Part shown: positions 52,502 to 64,000 of the stretch, one piece after another
How the letters are laid out: every line of letters starts with the position of its first letter
Position numbering within the stretch: position 1 is the first letter of the stretch
From: Haliotis rubra
Lineage: Eukaryota
Reading direction: 5' to 3'
Assembly: GCF_003918875.1 (NCBI RefSeq)
Contig: NW_025767124.1
Span: 2,418,001-2,482,000, forward strand
DNA: 64,000 nucleotides
Position numbers and translations under genes: made by a program
Notes under the pieces: generated by a model
The model's database searches: none
The model's input: only the letters and a program-made list of their open reading frames with translations
Told to the model about the DNA's origin: nothing

Positions 52502-52962
52502 TTGCCGGGAACAAGTTCTAATCCTAATCACCACAGGGTCAGTACGACCGGTAAATGTAATGGCGGAATCTACACATTACATAAGTGTTCATGACTAATC
52601 AAGGTATCACATTTCACTGAAGGCCAGGTCAGTCATTTCCACCAATAGCTTATCTTACAAACAAAACAGAAAGTCAAAGATCAATCAAACAATCAATCAA
52701 TATCAAGTGTCACCAATTCAAAAACATTTCCTGACTTGTAAAGACCACGCGAAAACGTGCAACAAGTGATTCATACACTGTCACTTAAAGCAAATCACTC
52801 TCTTTGTGAGTGAAAATACAAACTGCTCACTCCTACGAACAACCATAACATGATCGTGACCCCATGACCTCGGGTCATCGATGTCACATCGGAATGTGCA
52901 CTCGGCGACCCCAAGCGGGGTAATATTAACGCATGCACAGTGGTACCCTGTAGTGTGGGTGG

Positions 52963-53167
52963 TAGACTAAGGCTTAGTCTCTGAATATATATAATTTTGA
53001 TAGATCTAGTAACAAACAAGCCCATTTATATTGAAAAGGAGCCCTAGGGAGACCAGATATTCCTGAACCTGAGGAAATCTAGACTTGCTATATTTAGGGC
53101 TTTAGCACTGCAGAGAGAGCTTGGCAGTGGGGAAATCAATGTGGTTCAGGGACTGTGAGACAGACTA
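52963..53167. mobile_element. TAG...CTA element, subfamily B1
   Basis: Perfect 9-bp TSD TGTGGGTGG. Confidence 0.88.
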
Positions 53168-53681
53168 TGTGGGTGGCAGCGTCTCAGTTTCATGAGTCTT
53201 GATGACGTCACTTGGGTACATATTGTCCGTACAGGCTTCGGGGAATGCTATCACCTGTCTCGCGTCGTTTAACCTCTGTGACTGAACATATACGTGAGTC
53301 GCATATACATTAATGGGATCAATTAGTTTTCGAGGGGGTCCTTTATTGACAGACTCTGCTTTTTCACCCCCGGGTATAAGTGATTTGATCTTTCATGAAG
53401 ATCCTGCAAGTGAATGATTAACACACTTTAAGTGTCATGGAAGTGAAATGTTAATCCTTAGGTGGGATGACATTAGCCTTTATAAACCATGTCGTACGAA
53501 ATGACAACATATTACGTTGTGTTAGACGAACAATGTCTTTTTCGGCAACATGGATTATACGCCCTTTAAGGACAAAGGCCTTGAAGAACACGAGTACATG
53601 TATTTTAATTACGTTAGCAGGTGTGTTGGTACAATTAAAAGAGCCTTAGCTTCGACTTCTCATCCCATGATATAGGTAGAA

Positions 53682-53836
53682 TGAGTGAGTGAGTTTGGTT
53701 TTACGCCGCTTTTAGCAATATCAGGGCGGGGGACACCAGAAATGGGCTACACACATTATACCCATGTGGGGAATCGAACCCGGGTCTTTGGCGTGACGAG
53801 TGAACGCTTTAACCACTAGGGCTACCCCACCGCCCC
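53682..53836 (-). mobile_element. SINE family A
   Basis: Full length; GATATAGGTA duplicated on both flanks. Confidence 0.88.
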
Positions 53837-53859
53837 GATATAGGTACAAGACATGTTAC

Positions 53860-54910
53860 ACCCAACACCACACAACCCCTGGCACTACCACATCTTCAAT
53901 ACCCAGACATACCCCACCCCCAGAATATCTCACCCTCAGCATACCTCACCCCAGCATGACCACTCTCAAAACCCTCAGCATATTCCCCTCTTAGTATACC
54001 CCACCCCCAGCCTGACCCTCAACATCATCAGCATATCCCCAACACCCTCATCATACCGCACCCTCACAATCCCCAGAATACCTCACCCTCAGCATACCCC
54101 AGACCCAGAATATCTCACCCTCAGCATACCCCACCCCTAGAATACCTCACCCTCAGCATACCCCACCCCAGAATTCCTCACCCCCAGAATACCCCATCCC
54201 CAGCATATACCCTCAACACAATTATCAGAAGCCTCTCCTGGCATAGTCCACCCTTAACATCATCAACATATCCCACCCCCAGTACCACCGAATTCCCATT
54301 CCCAGTCTTAGCACCATCCCAAGACATTCCCAGTCTTAGCACCATCCCAAGACATCACCTCAGCACCACCACTCACACCATCCCACTGTCAACACTCCTT
54401 CACAAACCATACCCAACCCTTAGCATACCAACATATCCCACCCCAACCCTCAGCCTCACAATCATCCCCACACCCCAACTCTCAACCTCACAATCATAGC
54501 ACCACTCACACCATCACCAACACACCCCAACACCCTCGCCCCTCAGAAGCATAGCACCACTCACATCATCACCAACACACCCCAACACCCACCCTCAACC
54601 TCACAATCATAGCACCACTCACATCATCACCAACACACCCCAACACCCACCCTCAACCTCAGAAGCATAGCACCACTCACATCATCACCAACACACCCCA
54701 ACACCCACCCTCAACCTCAGAAGCATAGCACCACTCACATCATCACCAACACACCCCAACACCCACCCTCAACCTCAGAAGCATAGCACCACTCACATCA
54801 TCACCAACACACCCCAACACCCAACACACCCTCAACCTCAGAAGCATAGCACCACTCACATCATCACCAACACATCCCAACACCCACCGTCAGCCTCACA
54901 ATCATAGCAC
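53860..54910. repeat. C/A-rich compound repeat (~20-bp units, then 58-bp units)
   Basis: CCCAGAATACCTCACCCTCAGCATA... followed by ACCCTCAACCTCAGAAGCATAGCACCACTCACATCATCACCAACACACCCCAACACCC. Confidence 0.88.
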
Positions 54911-55559
54911 ATAATCGCACATACTCCCACCTCATTATCAGTACCAATTTCTAATTTCCAGTAACACTACACTATTTTAATAGCTGTTAGTACTTTACTA
55001 TCTATTTTTAACTTTTGTCTATAAATGCAATATATTGTCTCATAGGCCGTATTGGCCGGATGTTGTACTCAATGTTATGCCTATATTTTATTATGCCTTT
55101 TAAGATGTACAACTTGTGACACTTTAATAAACTAGTTTCTTTCTTTCGTTCTTTCTGTTTCATATTGATCAAGGCAATTAGATAATCCTTTTGTTGAGTG
55201 ACCTGGGCTTCTGTTTCATACACATCCCCATACTATCTTATAAAATACCTACGTAGATCACAACCACTGCCAACATACAGACATCCAGGACTTATCCGTG
55301 AATATCATTCAGAGTTCCACCGGATCCATTCTAATATTAGATCATTTCCCAGCTGTAAATTGAACACCATACTCCTCTCACCCAAACAAATAAATCTCAA
55401 AGATTATATCTATAATAACTATTTGCTTTTCGGCTAGAATCTGTGCCAAGTTAAGACAAGGTATTAAAGCATTATCCTTAAAGGAATTCCAACACCCCAG
55501 TCACTTCAATATACAATGGTAGAATATCAAAGCTTTACTTAAAGTATTCTGGAATTCGA

Positions 55560-55938
55560 CCACTACGCCACGTGATAGAGAAGCTGACACCCCCGCTACC
55601 GGGACTGCCGTTGTACCCTGGGAACCCCCGGGGCGAATATCTCACTCTGTCTCACCCAGTGTCACACGGCGCTGAGAGGAGTCTATAGTCTCCGTCGCCA
55701 CTCACATAAGCCATGCAACTTTGATCCGAGTCGAACAGTCGCCGGAAAATGCGTGTCTGAAGGCGGCATTCTTACGCACAACCTCACAATAACCGATTAA
55801 AGAGCTATTTCCTGGTGAGCACTGGAGCGGAACTGCCTGGGTAGGGTCACGTGACCTCTCTTATTCCTGAGGTGTGTTTCCTCAACGAGCGATAGACATC
55901 CCCGCATCAGTTGTTGACGTCTCTTTATAACGCTACTG
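55560..55938. promoter_or_regulatory. CpG-rich promoter-like island with palindromic E-box
   Basis: Locally GC/CpG-rich unique sequence containing GGTCACGTGACC (55845-55856) and CACGTG (~55569), flanked by splice donors on both strands. Confidence 0.4.
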
Positions 55939-55968
55939 ATGGGAGTAGCGGAGAATCACGTACTAGCG
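55939..55968 (+). CDS. Candidate upstream first exon of gene B
   Basis: ATG...GCG|GTAAGT encodes MGVAENHVLA, phase 0, compatible with the phase-0 acceptor at 60143. Lies at the end of a CpG-rich promoter-like block. Confidence 0.4.
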
Positions 55969-57020
55969 GTAAGTCCACTTTCAACCGTCCAGCATCTGAT
56001 GTAACTATTTCATATTAATAATATATATATTATCAACAGAACATTTTATAATACTATCTGTGTCAAAACTGATGTAGGCATTTTATGTTCAGTCAGTATT
56101 ATGTCTGGCAGACAGATACAAATTTAATACAATGTCAATATGGTCAATTAAACAACTGAAGCCGACGTATAGATGACAGTGTCACTGAGGTAGATGTGCT
56201 GCTGCAGCTGGTATGCGGAGTCAGCTCACTCACAATGACAATATCTAGAACAGTGGTAGTACTGCCGTCAGCCAAGGACAGCATCTGGGTCTATGCTTTT
56301 TTACAGAATTGTTTGATCGTTTGTTTGCTGTAGATTTTTAATCAACGAGTGGTCATGTGATACCCATTTAGAAAAGTACAAACGAAATTACGCCAAATAG
56401 TAGAACTACCATTAAAACTGTGTATAACCTGGATGTTTCCATTCGTGGAAGGTAATGCTTCCATATGGTGTCTTCTGTCCCTGAAAAATACAACATTATC
56501 TCAAAGCTAATTGACAGATGTCATTTATACGGTGCATGGGAGGTACAAAGCACATTGATAGATTTAGGTCCTAGATGAATATGTTATGATAACGATTACT
56601 ATCATTGACAGTGTTATCATTATACGTATATAGGACAACAACTAATAATTGGTTAATCTGGAACTTTGTTAATCGGGACTACCGAGGGAATGGATTAACA
56701 GGGTTTCACTATATGTAATGGTCCTTGTCTTTAAATAATGCCCCGCTCCATCAACTACATTAACCTGCTCGCCTTGATCATCAGTGCGCTACACTAACGT
56801 TCAGTCACCGTGACCTATCCCGGTTATTGTTTAATATACATATATACGCTCTACCTCAAAGCGGGTATTGATTTTTCATCAAACTAGTGTCACAGCCGTT
56901 AAACTCAACACAAATATCTCATGATCACAGACCTATACATTGAATACAAGTACAGACCGGCTAAATACTAAACATCAGCATACATGAACAAGTATATATG
57001 TAAAACAACTGGTACGTCCC

Positions 57021-57336
57021 TAGTCTGTCTCACAGTCCCTGAACCATATTTTCCTTACAGCCTAGCCCTCCCTGCAGTTAATGATCGGAAGCAAGTCTAG
57101 ATTTCCTCGGGTTCTGAATCTCTGGTCTCCCTTGGGATCCTTTTCAATTTAAATTGGTTTATTTGTTACAAAGAAAATTATATATACTGAACAACATTTG
57201 AAACGCACCGCCCATATCATACGAAATATCCCCGTCAGACTGAAATGTACTCATGATATCTGAGCATCGTCGGTGCATTTTAGTGTGGTGCGTTTCTAAT
57301 GTTGTTCAGTATGTTAAGAGACCAGGCGTTAGTCAA
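57021..57336. mobile_element. TAG...CTA element B1 carrying a nested MITE
   Basis: TSD 7/9 (GTACGTCCC/ATATGTCCC). Confidence 0.8.
57185..57311. mobile_element. 127-bp Tc1-type MITE nested in a TAG...CTA element
   Basis: TIRs TACTGAACAACATTTGAAACGCACC / GGTGCGTTTCTAATGTTGTTCAGTA, inserted at the TATATA tract of the host element. Confidence 0.85.
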
Positions 57337-58076
57337 ATATGTCCCCTGTAGACAAAGTATGCAGCTATAATCAACACGGGTTATATAGATGTTAGAACCA
57401 CATGCCTACAAAGTTATTCATTACACAATGCCTAAAATAGCATTTGTTCAATGCAAAAGGCAAAATCCAAACCAACTCGGTTTTATAACAGTCCTAATGG
57501 GATTTATCTTTATACAAGAAACATAGATTTATTTTTACACGAAAGTGTCCAAAATATTTTCGAACCTGTTTTAATCATATTTTAACTGACGTCAACCAAA
57601 CCAAATTATTATGTAACCCGATATCGCCTTGATTTAATGATATGTAATTTATCGGCCGCCGTCTTTAGCAACAATACAACCTGAGACGTCAGCCGTGCAG
57701 CGACGTCGACAGGACAAAGGCAGCATACACTTGTTGAAATTGTTTCACATCGTCACGTCGCGTACCAGTGATAAACGCTGTAGGAATTTGTTTGTGTAGT
57801 GAAATGTGTATGCACCTGTCAGCTGTACTGATAACATACACAGCTTGCATGTCGCTATGTGAAATATGTGATCAATGTCAATCAATTGGTGGGGCTGGGA
57901 TGATTGTATAAGTTAAACGTAATGGTTGAACCTTATCGTAATGGTTGAACCTTATCGTAATGGTTTAACCTGGTTGTGTTTAGTAAAGGAGAATACGAGT
58001 GAATTGCAATAATTTGCTTGGTGAAAGATAAAGTCATCAGAAACATATTCCCAAATTTTCAATTACAAATTATTTT

Positions 58077-58241
58077 GGGCTGTGGGGTAGCCTAGTGGTT
58101 AAAGCGTCCGCTCGTCACGCCAAAGACCCGGCTTCGATTCCCCACATGGGTACAATGTGTGAAGCCCATTTCTGGTGTCCCCCGCTGTGATATTGATGGA
58201 ATATTGCTAAAAGCGGCGTAAAACCATACTCACTCACTCAC
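58077..58241 (+). mobile_element. SINE family A
   Basis: Full length, close to consensus. Confidence 0.9.
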
Positions 58242-58805
58242 TTACTATTAGATATTACAGTTTAAGTTATGAATGAGTATTTACTAAGGTTAAAAGTGAA
58301 AACGAGTAAACATATACTTAGAAGGCAATCATATTAATTATGTTGATACATATTAAGTATGTTTTGGGCGTAGGTGGTGGCTAAGGTTTACGCTCGTCAA
58401 AGGTCCTGGTTTGATTCCCAACGTGGATACAATGAAGCAAATTTCTGGTGTCCCCCACCAAAATACGGAAAACATTACACACTCAAATATATGATATACC
58501 GTCGTTGACTCGAACTGAAATATAACTCGATTTATCATTTAAACTCCTAAAACCACTCGCTGTAGGGGCAAGATAACCTTCCAACCTGTATCATGCAAAG
58601 TGTTATCTATATATCGCTTTATATCAGGGTGTGTACCTTCAGTACCCAATGACTGCAGAGACAATTAATGAGAACCTTGTTCATGCTGACGAGGCAACTA
58701 TCAGTTCTGGAACTGCTTTGACTGCGGCATAAAACAATATATAATCACTAAAGTGATGTAAGTGCACGCTGGTTTAGAAATGATGGGAGGTATCTTGTCA
58801 TTCAT

Positions 58806-58942
58806 NNNNNNNNNNNNNNNNNNNNNNNNNNNNNNNNNNNNNNNNNNNNNNNNNNNNNNNNNNNNNNNNNNNNNNNNNNNNNNNNNNNNNNNNNNNNNNN
58901 NNNNNNNNNNNNNNNNNNNNNNNNNNNNNNNNNNNNNNNNNN
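58806..58942. other. Assembly gap
   Basis: Run of N next to a (GA)n tract. Confidence 1.
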
Positions 58943-60023
58943 TGAGAGAGAGAGGCGGGGATGACTGAGAGAGAGAGAGAGTGAGAGAGAGAGTAAGCGA
59001 ATATTGCTGAAGAAATTGCAGAGAGAATATGTGAGTGATTATTGAGTGTAATGTGTGTGTGGAGAACAATAATTACGTACCGTAATTGAACAACTAATTT
59101 GGACTCTTAGGAATACTTATTTAAAAATCAACATCTGCAGAGGATACTGGGGTTCTTTCTGAAAAGATAGATCTTCCCCCTACCGTACGTAACTAAACCC
59201 AATACGAGATGACCACACCCTGATCAAATCCGTCATCAAAGAATCACCATGTATGGTAATAGGGTCTATTTGAAACACGAAGCCTGTTCTAATTACACGG
59301 TCCAATCACTCACTGGATTAATTCCACGGTTGGTTGAACGTCTGAATGCAATTGTTCACGTGTTACGAAACGGGAGGTGCGAAATACCGCACCAAATGTA
59401 AGTAGAAGCACTTGGTCCAACCACCTCCTAATACATAACAATCTGTCAACACCGTGGTAGATCCTAAACAGTCTACACCAGGTGCCAAATGATTCGCGTC
59501 ATAGCCATTGTGTTCTTATAGCCGGACCACAGACGCTATTGTATATATTCTGTTCTTACAGCGAGGAACCCTACACACTATTGTCTTCTTAACATGGCGC
59601 TAAGGACTGCAAGAGTGTGAAATCAACAATTGTTGTTTTGCATTTCACAACGTTTTGGTGCCAATATGCTCTGCGTGTCTAAAACGCCATGTTTGAAATG
59701 AGTTTGTTCTGGCGAAAGGCTGTGTAATGATTGCGGAACAGTGTGGTGTTTAAGAGTTGGGAGTTACGTAAGACAAACTTGCTGTGAACGATACCTCGAG
59801 GATCTGTTATCAAAATGTTTTTAAACGGATGCAGTTAACACGTCTTCAGAACAAATGGAGGGCTGTTCATAACGACGGAGCATTTTAAAGCGTTATTATA
59901 GACTTTGGCTTGAAGGAAGTGACATCATTGACGTTCAATGTATCACGACGCAATTGTTTATACAACATTGCCGCTAAATGGTGAACTAGTAATATAAGGA
60001 AATTAAGCTTAAACGCATCAGAG

Positions 60024-60075
60024 GTAAGTACACGGGAAGGGTTTCCATGGAAACCGGCTCATCTATATTTAGACA
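60024..60075 (+). promoter_or_regulatory. X-box and MEF2-like motifs upstream of gene B PDZ exon
   Basis: Palindrome GGTTTCCATGGAAACC (60040-60055, RFX X-box type), CTATATTTAG (60063-60072, fits MEF2 CTA(A/T)4TAG) and a donor GTAAGT at 60024. Confidence 0.35.
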
Positions 60076-60181
60076 GAGGAGCATCTTCTGCCTGCACCTC
60101 TTCGTTTCGTCAGTTTAACAGTGGCTACCATCTTACTTTCAGCGGCCGAACAGCCGGCTTGGAGAGGGGAGAGGTTCCGTC

Positions 60182-60280
60182 ATGGAGACAATATGGCTAC
60201 AACGGTCGGGACCCAATGTCCCATGGGGGTTCCGACTTCAAGGGGGTCGAGAGTTTGGACAATCACTGGCTATTCAAAGG
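60182..60280 (+). CDS. Second PDZ(-LIM/Zasp)-family gene B, PDZ N-terminal exon (not in ORF track)
   Basis: Manual translation METIWLQRSGPNVPWGFRLQGGREFGQSLAIQR, ending CAAAGG|GTAAGT exactly like gene A exon 1. Upstream acceptor tcttactttcAG| gives an exon start at 60143, in frame (RPNSRLGEGRGSV-M). Confidence 0.88.
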
Positions 60281-61147
60281 GTAAGTCCCAACCAAGACTC
60301 TCTCTCTCAACATCTCTCTCGAACTAACCCTTGACGCTTCTCATTACGCATGTCTGTCTAAACATGTTTTACCGTTTCTGTAAACTCTAGGGTGAACAAA
60401 GTCAAGATTTCTAAACAAGATTTGTTTTACGGCGTATGATCAAAACACAGGTTCAGATTCTGTCTTTCTCTGGCCATTAATTTGTGCTCATCGCCTCTGA
60501 TGAAGAGATACCAGAAGACTCCCATCATATCGTATTTCATTTACATATATGATATATGATCGTGCCTAGGTCGTTGTTAATATTTTCAAGGTCAGCCTCT
60601 CATAGGTAAAAGAGCTAAGAATCTACTTCATGTACAGTATACAGCAATTTCCTCTCCTCTCAGGTAAAATTAAGTGATTAAACTTTGACAGCTTTGAGTG
60701 CACCGCGAGGGGTAACCGGATACCTATAGACAGCGTCTGTCGCTCGCCTTCCCCGAATTCTTGCCCCTGTAGTTGGAGTGAGAAGTAGCGAGGGGGTCCC
60801 ATAGCAGAGAAATATAATCTGGAACAAGCGTAACCCATGCCCGATAACGATAAGGGGGGCATTTATACTTGGCGCCGTAACATCCCCGTAACCTGTGCCA
60901 GTTTAACACTAGAACATTGTTCTGAAAAGATTTCATTAATATTCCCAAAGCCTTGAAGTGGGACGAGACAAGGAATGTTTTCACGCCCCCACATTTCAGT
61001 TTCCTCCACAACAAATTCCCTGGCTCTGATGTCTGCGATGACGAAAATAGTCTCTAAGTAAACAAGTGGCTGGCGAGTTAAAGTTATTGATAGGGATACC
61101 ATCTATTACAGGTCTTGTATCTACGTGTGATTGCACTGCTGCTCTCC

Positions 61148-61346
61148 TAGTCTGTCTCACAGTCCCTGAACCACATTAATTTCCCTACTGCCAAGTCCTC
61201 TCTGCAGTGCTAAAGCCCTAAATGAAGCAAGTCTAGATCTCCTCAGGTTCAGGAATCTCTGGTCTCCCTAGGGCTCCTTTTCAATATAAATGGGCTTGTT
61301 TGTTACTATCAAAATTATATATATTCAGAGACTAAGCCTTAGTCTA
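61148..61346. mobile_element. TAG...CTA element, subfamily B1
   Basis: Perfect 9-bp TSD CTGCTCTCC. Confidence 0.88.
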
Positions 61347-62996
61347 CTGCTCTCCTTGCGCTGCCGGTGGCGGAGGGGGGGTCGGAGAAAATGGGATTGT
61401 TGACCTGTGGGGGTTATGTAATTTACTCTGGGGTGGTAAAGGTGAAAATCGAGGGCTGTTCCCCAAAGAGGCTGAGTGCTTAGTGACAAGGATTGTGTAC
61501 GCAGGGTAAAAAAATTGTTATGTTCAGACATACTAGTATTTGACCTGAGCCGTGTAGTTGGTAACTCTGAGGCACCCAGTGAAGGTAGATTAGACGAACA
61601 TTGTGCGCATACAAGACGTATTTAGGCAAAGCAAGACTACAGTCCTATAATGTTAGCACAGGTCATATTTTCAGATGTACTTGAATCATCACCACATCAC
61701 CACCATCATTATCATCGCCAATCATCATCATCGTCATCATCATCGTAGCCTATATAGAGACACCGGTATGGCTGAAGCTAAATCAGTGCCAGAGTTGGTG
61801 TAAATTGAATACTATCGAGATTGGTTGCTGAAACTGACAAGATGATGAGTATCTAGTAACTGATACACGATTCACATCCCTGAGGAAGGCATATTTCCGG
61901 GTTGTGTGTCACGCCAACTGTTGGGTTCTGAGTGGTACCGACTACTGTTAACTGAACCTCAAAATGTATGTCGTTGCTACAACTCTGCCGGTGTATAAAT
62001 CTGGATATGAGATACTGAAACCTTGAGCGTTCTGGGCATTTCTTGTAGATATGCAAGATACATTTGGATTTTTTTAGAAATACCTCTTAACTCGAGGCTC
62101 GCTGTTTAGAAATACCCAAGTATGATGTGCAGAATACAAAATAATAAGCTGGATCGCCTCCGGGCAAAACGTCATTGACATATTGTGTTTACGACATGAT
62201 GCTTATCAGCCATTACAGTCAACAAGCTGAACACACACTGGTCCAGTGTGGATTATGTCTGATGTGATCTGGCGTGGAGCGTTAAAGGGGTGTGGAGTGT
62301 TAGTGCAGGTAGGATCTTATCATATAAGGCTTTATTAGCTGATCAAGTATACTTCTGCGTCATAAGTGTTGACTGTATTAAACTGGGACCAGAACAGAAT
62401 TCAGCTTTCTGAGTATCCAACAACGAGCGTCGGTGGTCTCAGTATGTGGCTGTGAATCGTGATGCTGCTATCAAACACTGATTTGGCCGCCCAAGGCTGG
62501 GTTATTTTGCAGCTACCGTGACAAAACTGGATATACCACTATATACTTCAGCATTTAGACGTTGTTATAAACACCAATTGATAAAAAATAAGATTCCCAA
62601 ATTACATACACTGAAATCGTGCCACAATGAACTTGCTCATTACGTCGTCTGTGTCAAGGTTTGACTTTAACAATGGCTTAAGTTTCAAATCTTACAACTT
62701 AAGATCATCTGAGTGCTAATGTTAAGTTAACCGATGACTCAATGGACATCTAGATATGGTTTTAACTCCATATCATCATATCGAATGCCTTTGTAGGGAG
62801 GGGGATTGTGTTTGTTTGACGTAAAAATAATTGTTGTTGGACGTGGTTGATATGGAAAACATGTGCTGCAAAAGGTATATAATTGTTCATCTCAAGCCTG
62901 TTTTAATTATTAAATTCATATTCCGTCTTCTCCAAGCTGCCCCGGTCAGTTTGAAACTGTCTCCTTGGTCACTGACTTCAAGCGATGGATGACTCT

Positions 62997-63200
62997 TGCT
63001 TCTGCTGGTCACGGGCCTTAGGACCAGCAGCTATAGCGACTCAGTAAACTTCTCATCCTCAACCACTGGCATCTGCTGTTTCTACTGGTCACGGGTCTAA
63101 GGACCAGCAGCTTTGTCGACTCAGTTACGTTTCTCATTCCCCACGTCACTATCCTCTGCTGTTTCTGCTGGTAACGGGCCATAGGACCAGCAGCGTTGTC
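62997..63200. repeat. Three ~80-bp units, each with a stem-loop
   Basis: CTGCTGGTC-N11-GACCAGCAG at 63002, 63082 and 63165. Confidence 0.75.
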
Positions 63201-64000
63201 GATTCAGTACCAACGTCCACGTTACTGGCCACGTCCCCGTGCTGGTACTCAGTAAATACCTATATATATATATGCAACGTTCTGAGCCAACATACTCGCC
63301 CATTAGTGTCACAGCTCCCTTCGAGTCTGTGCTCGGGACTAACATGCATCTGCATAGTACATTAACACAGTTCATACAGTCTCAATGTCGTACCCGGGTA
63401 CAAGGAGACATACATACAACGACACGAGTTTTTAACAGAACAGGACCGAGATGATGCACATTCTGGGAGGATCTGCCGCATGGCTGACTAATACATTTGT
63501 CGTTGGATGCTCGCCAGTACCTATTACCATGGCAATGACAGCCTGGCACTGGTGCATGGAGACCTGTCACTCGCTCTTTCGAAGATGATTTCAATGACTT
63601 CCAGCTATTTCGATCCCTGAATTATATCCCATCCACGGGGATATTTACATCCCTTGCAATACGAGTCCACTTGGTCAAACGTTTCAAGTTACCCGTGGAC
63701 TCTTCGCACAGGCTTCTTCAAGGACTTGGTAACATCGGCTGGTGTCTCGACATACGCAGAATGAGTCGACGCGGACTTAAAATAGCTGTGGTGAGTTAAT
63801 GCAGATTAAGAGTGTTAGTACAACAATCACTGGATTGTCTGGTTCAGACTCGATTTGTTTACAAACAACATCATACAGCTGTAATACTGCTGAAACAAAT
63901 ATTTACTGATGATAAAGTCGCAATTGTACAATCGACTCTGCTTTTAGCAGAGATTTCTTATGGGTGTGGAAAGGGTTTTTGTCGCGTCTATCTATTGATA

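Noticed and set aside
58077-58150. tRNA-Asp-like sequences
   Set aside because: SINE heads: fixed downstream body, (ACTC)n tail, TSDs, no proper acceptor stem.
60281-64000. Exon 2 of gene B
   Set aside because: No SPA/GD-I PDZ-like segment found by eye in the remaining 3.7 kb; presumably beyond the window.

Overview
Eukaryotic, repeat-rich genomic DNA with three assembly gaps. It is probably from a marine invertebrate, most likely a mollusc (inferred from the SINE/MITE repertoire, not proven). No prokaryotic features, rRNA, genuine tRNA or CRISPR. The main genic content is a head-to-head pair of PDZ-domain genes of the ALP/Enigma (PDLIM/Zasp) type. Gene A (- strand) has exon 1 at 25170-25057, exon 2 at 3253-3105 after a ~21.8-kb intron, a candidate 21-nt microexon at 1933-1913 and a candidate alternative first exon at 11461-11381. 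Gene B (+ strand) is absent from the ORF track: its PWGFRLQGG exon is at 60182-60280, with an in-frame acceptor at 60143 and a candidate upstream exon at 55939-55968. Between and within them lie three Tc1 (DD34E-type) transposons at different stages of decay, a ~200-bp TAG...CTA element family with 9-bp TSDs (AcademH-like), several hairpin MITEs, four SINE-type families, a 1.3-kb SINE-bounded tandem duplication and many minisatellites. The long ORFs at 37.6-39.3 kb are satellite artefacts.
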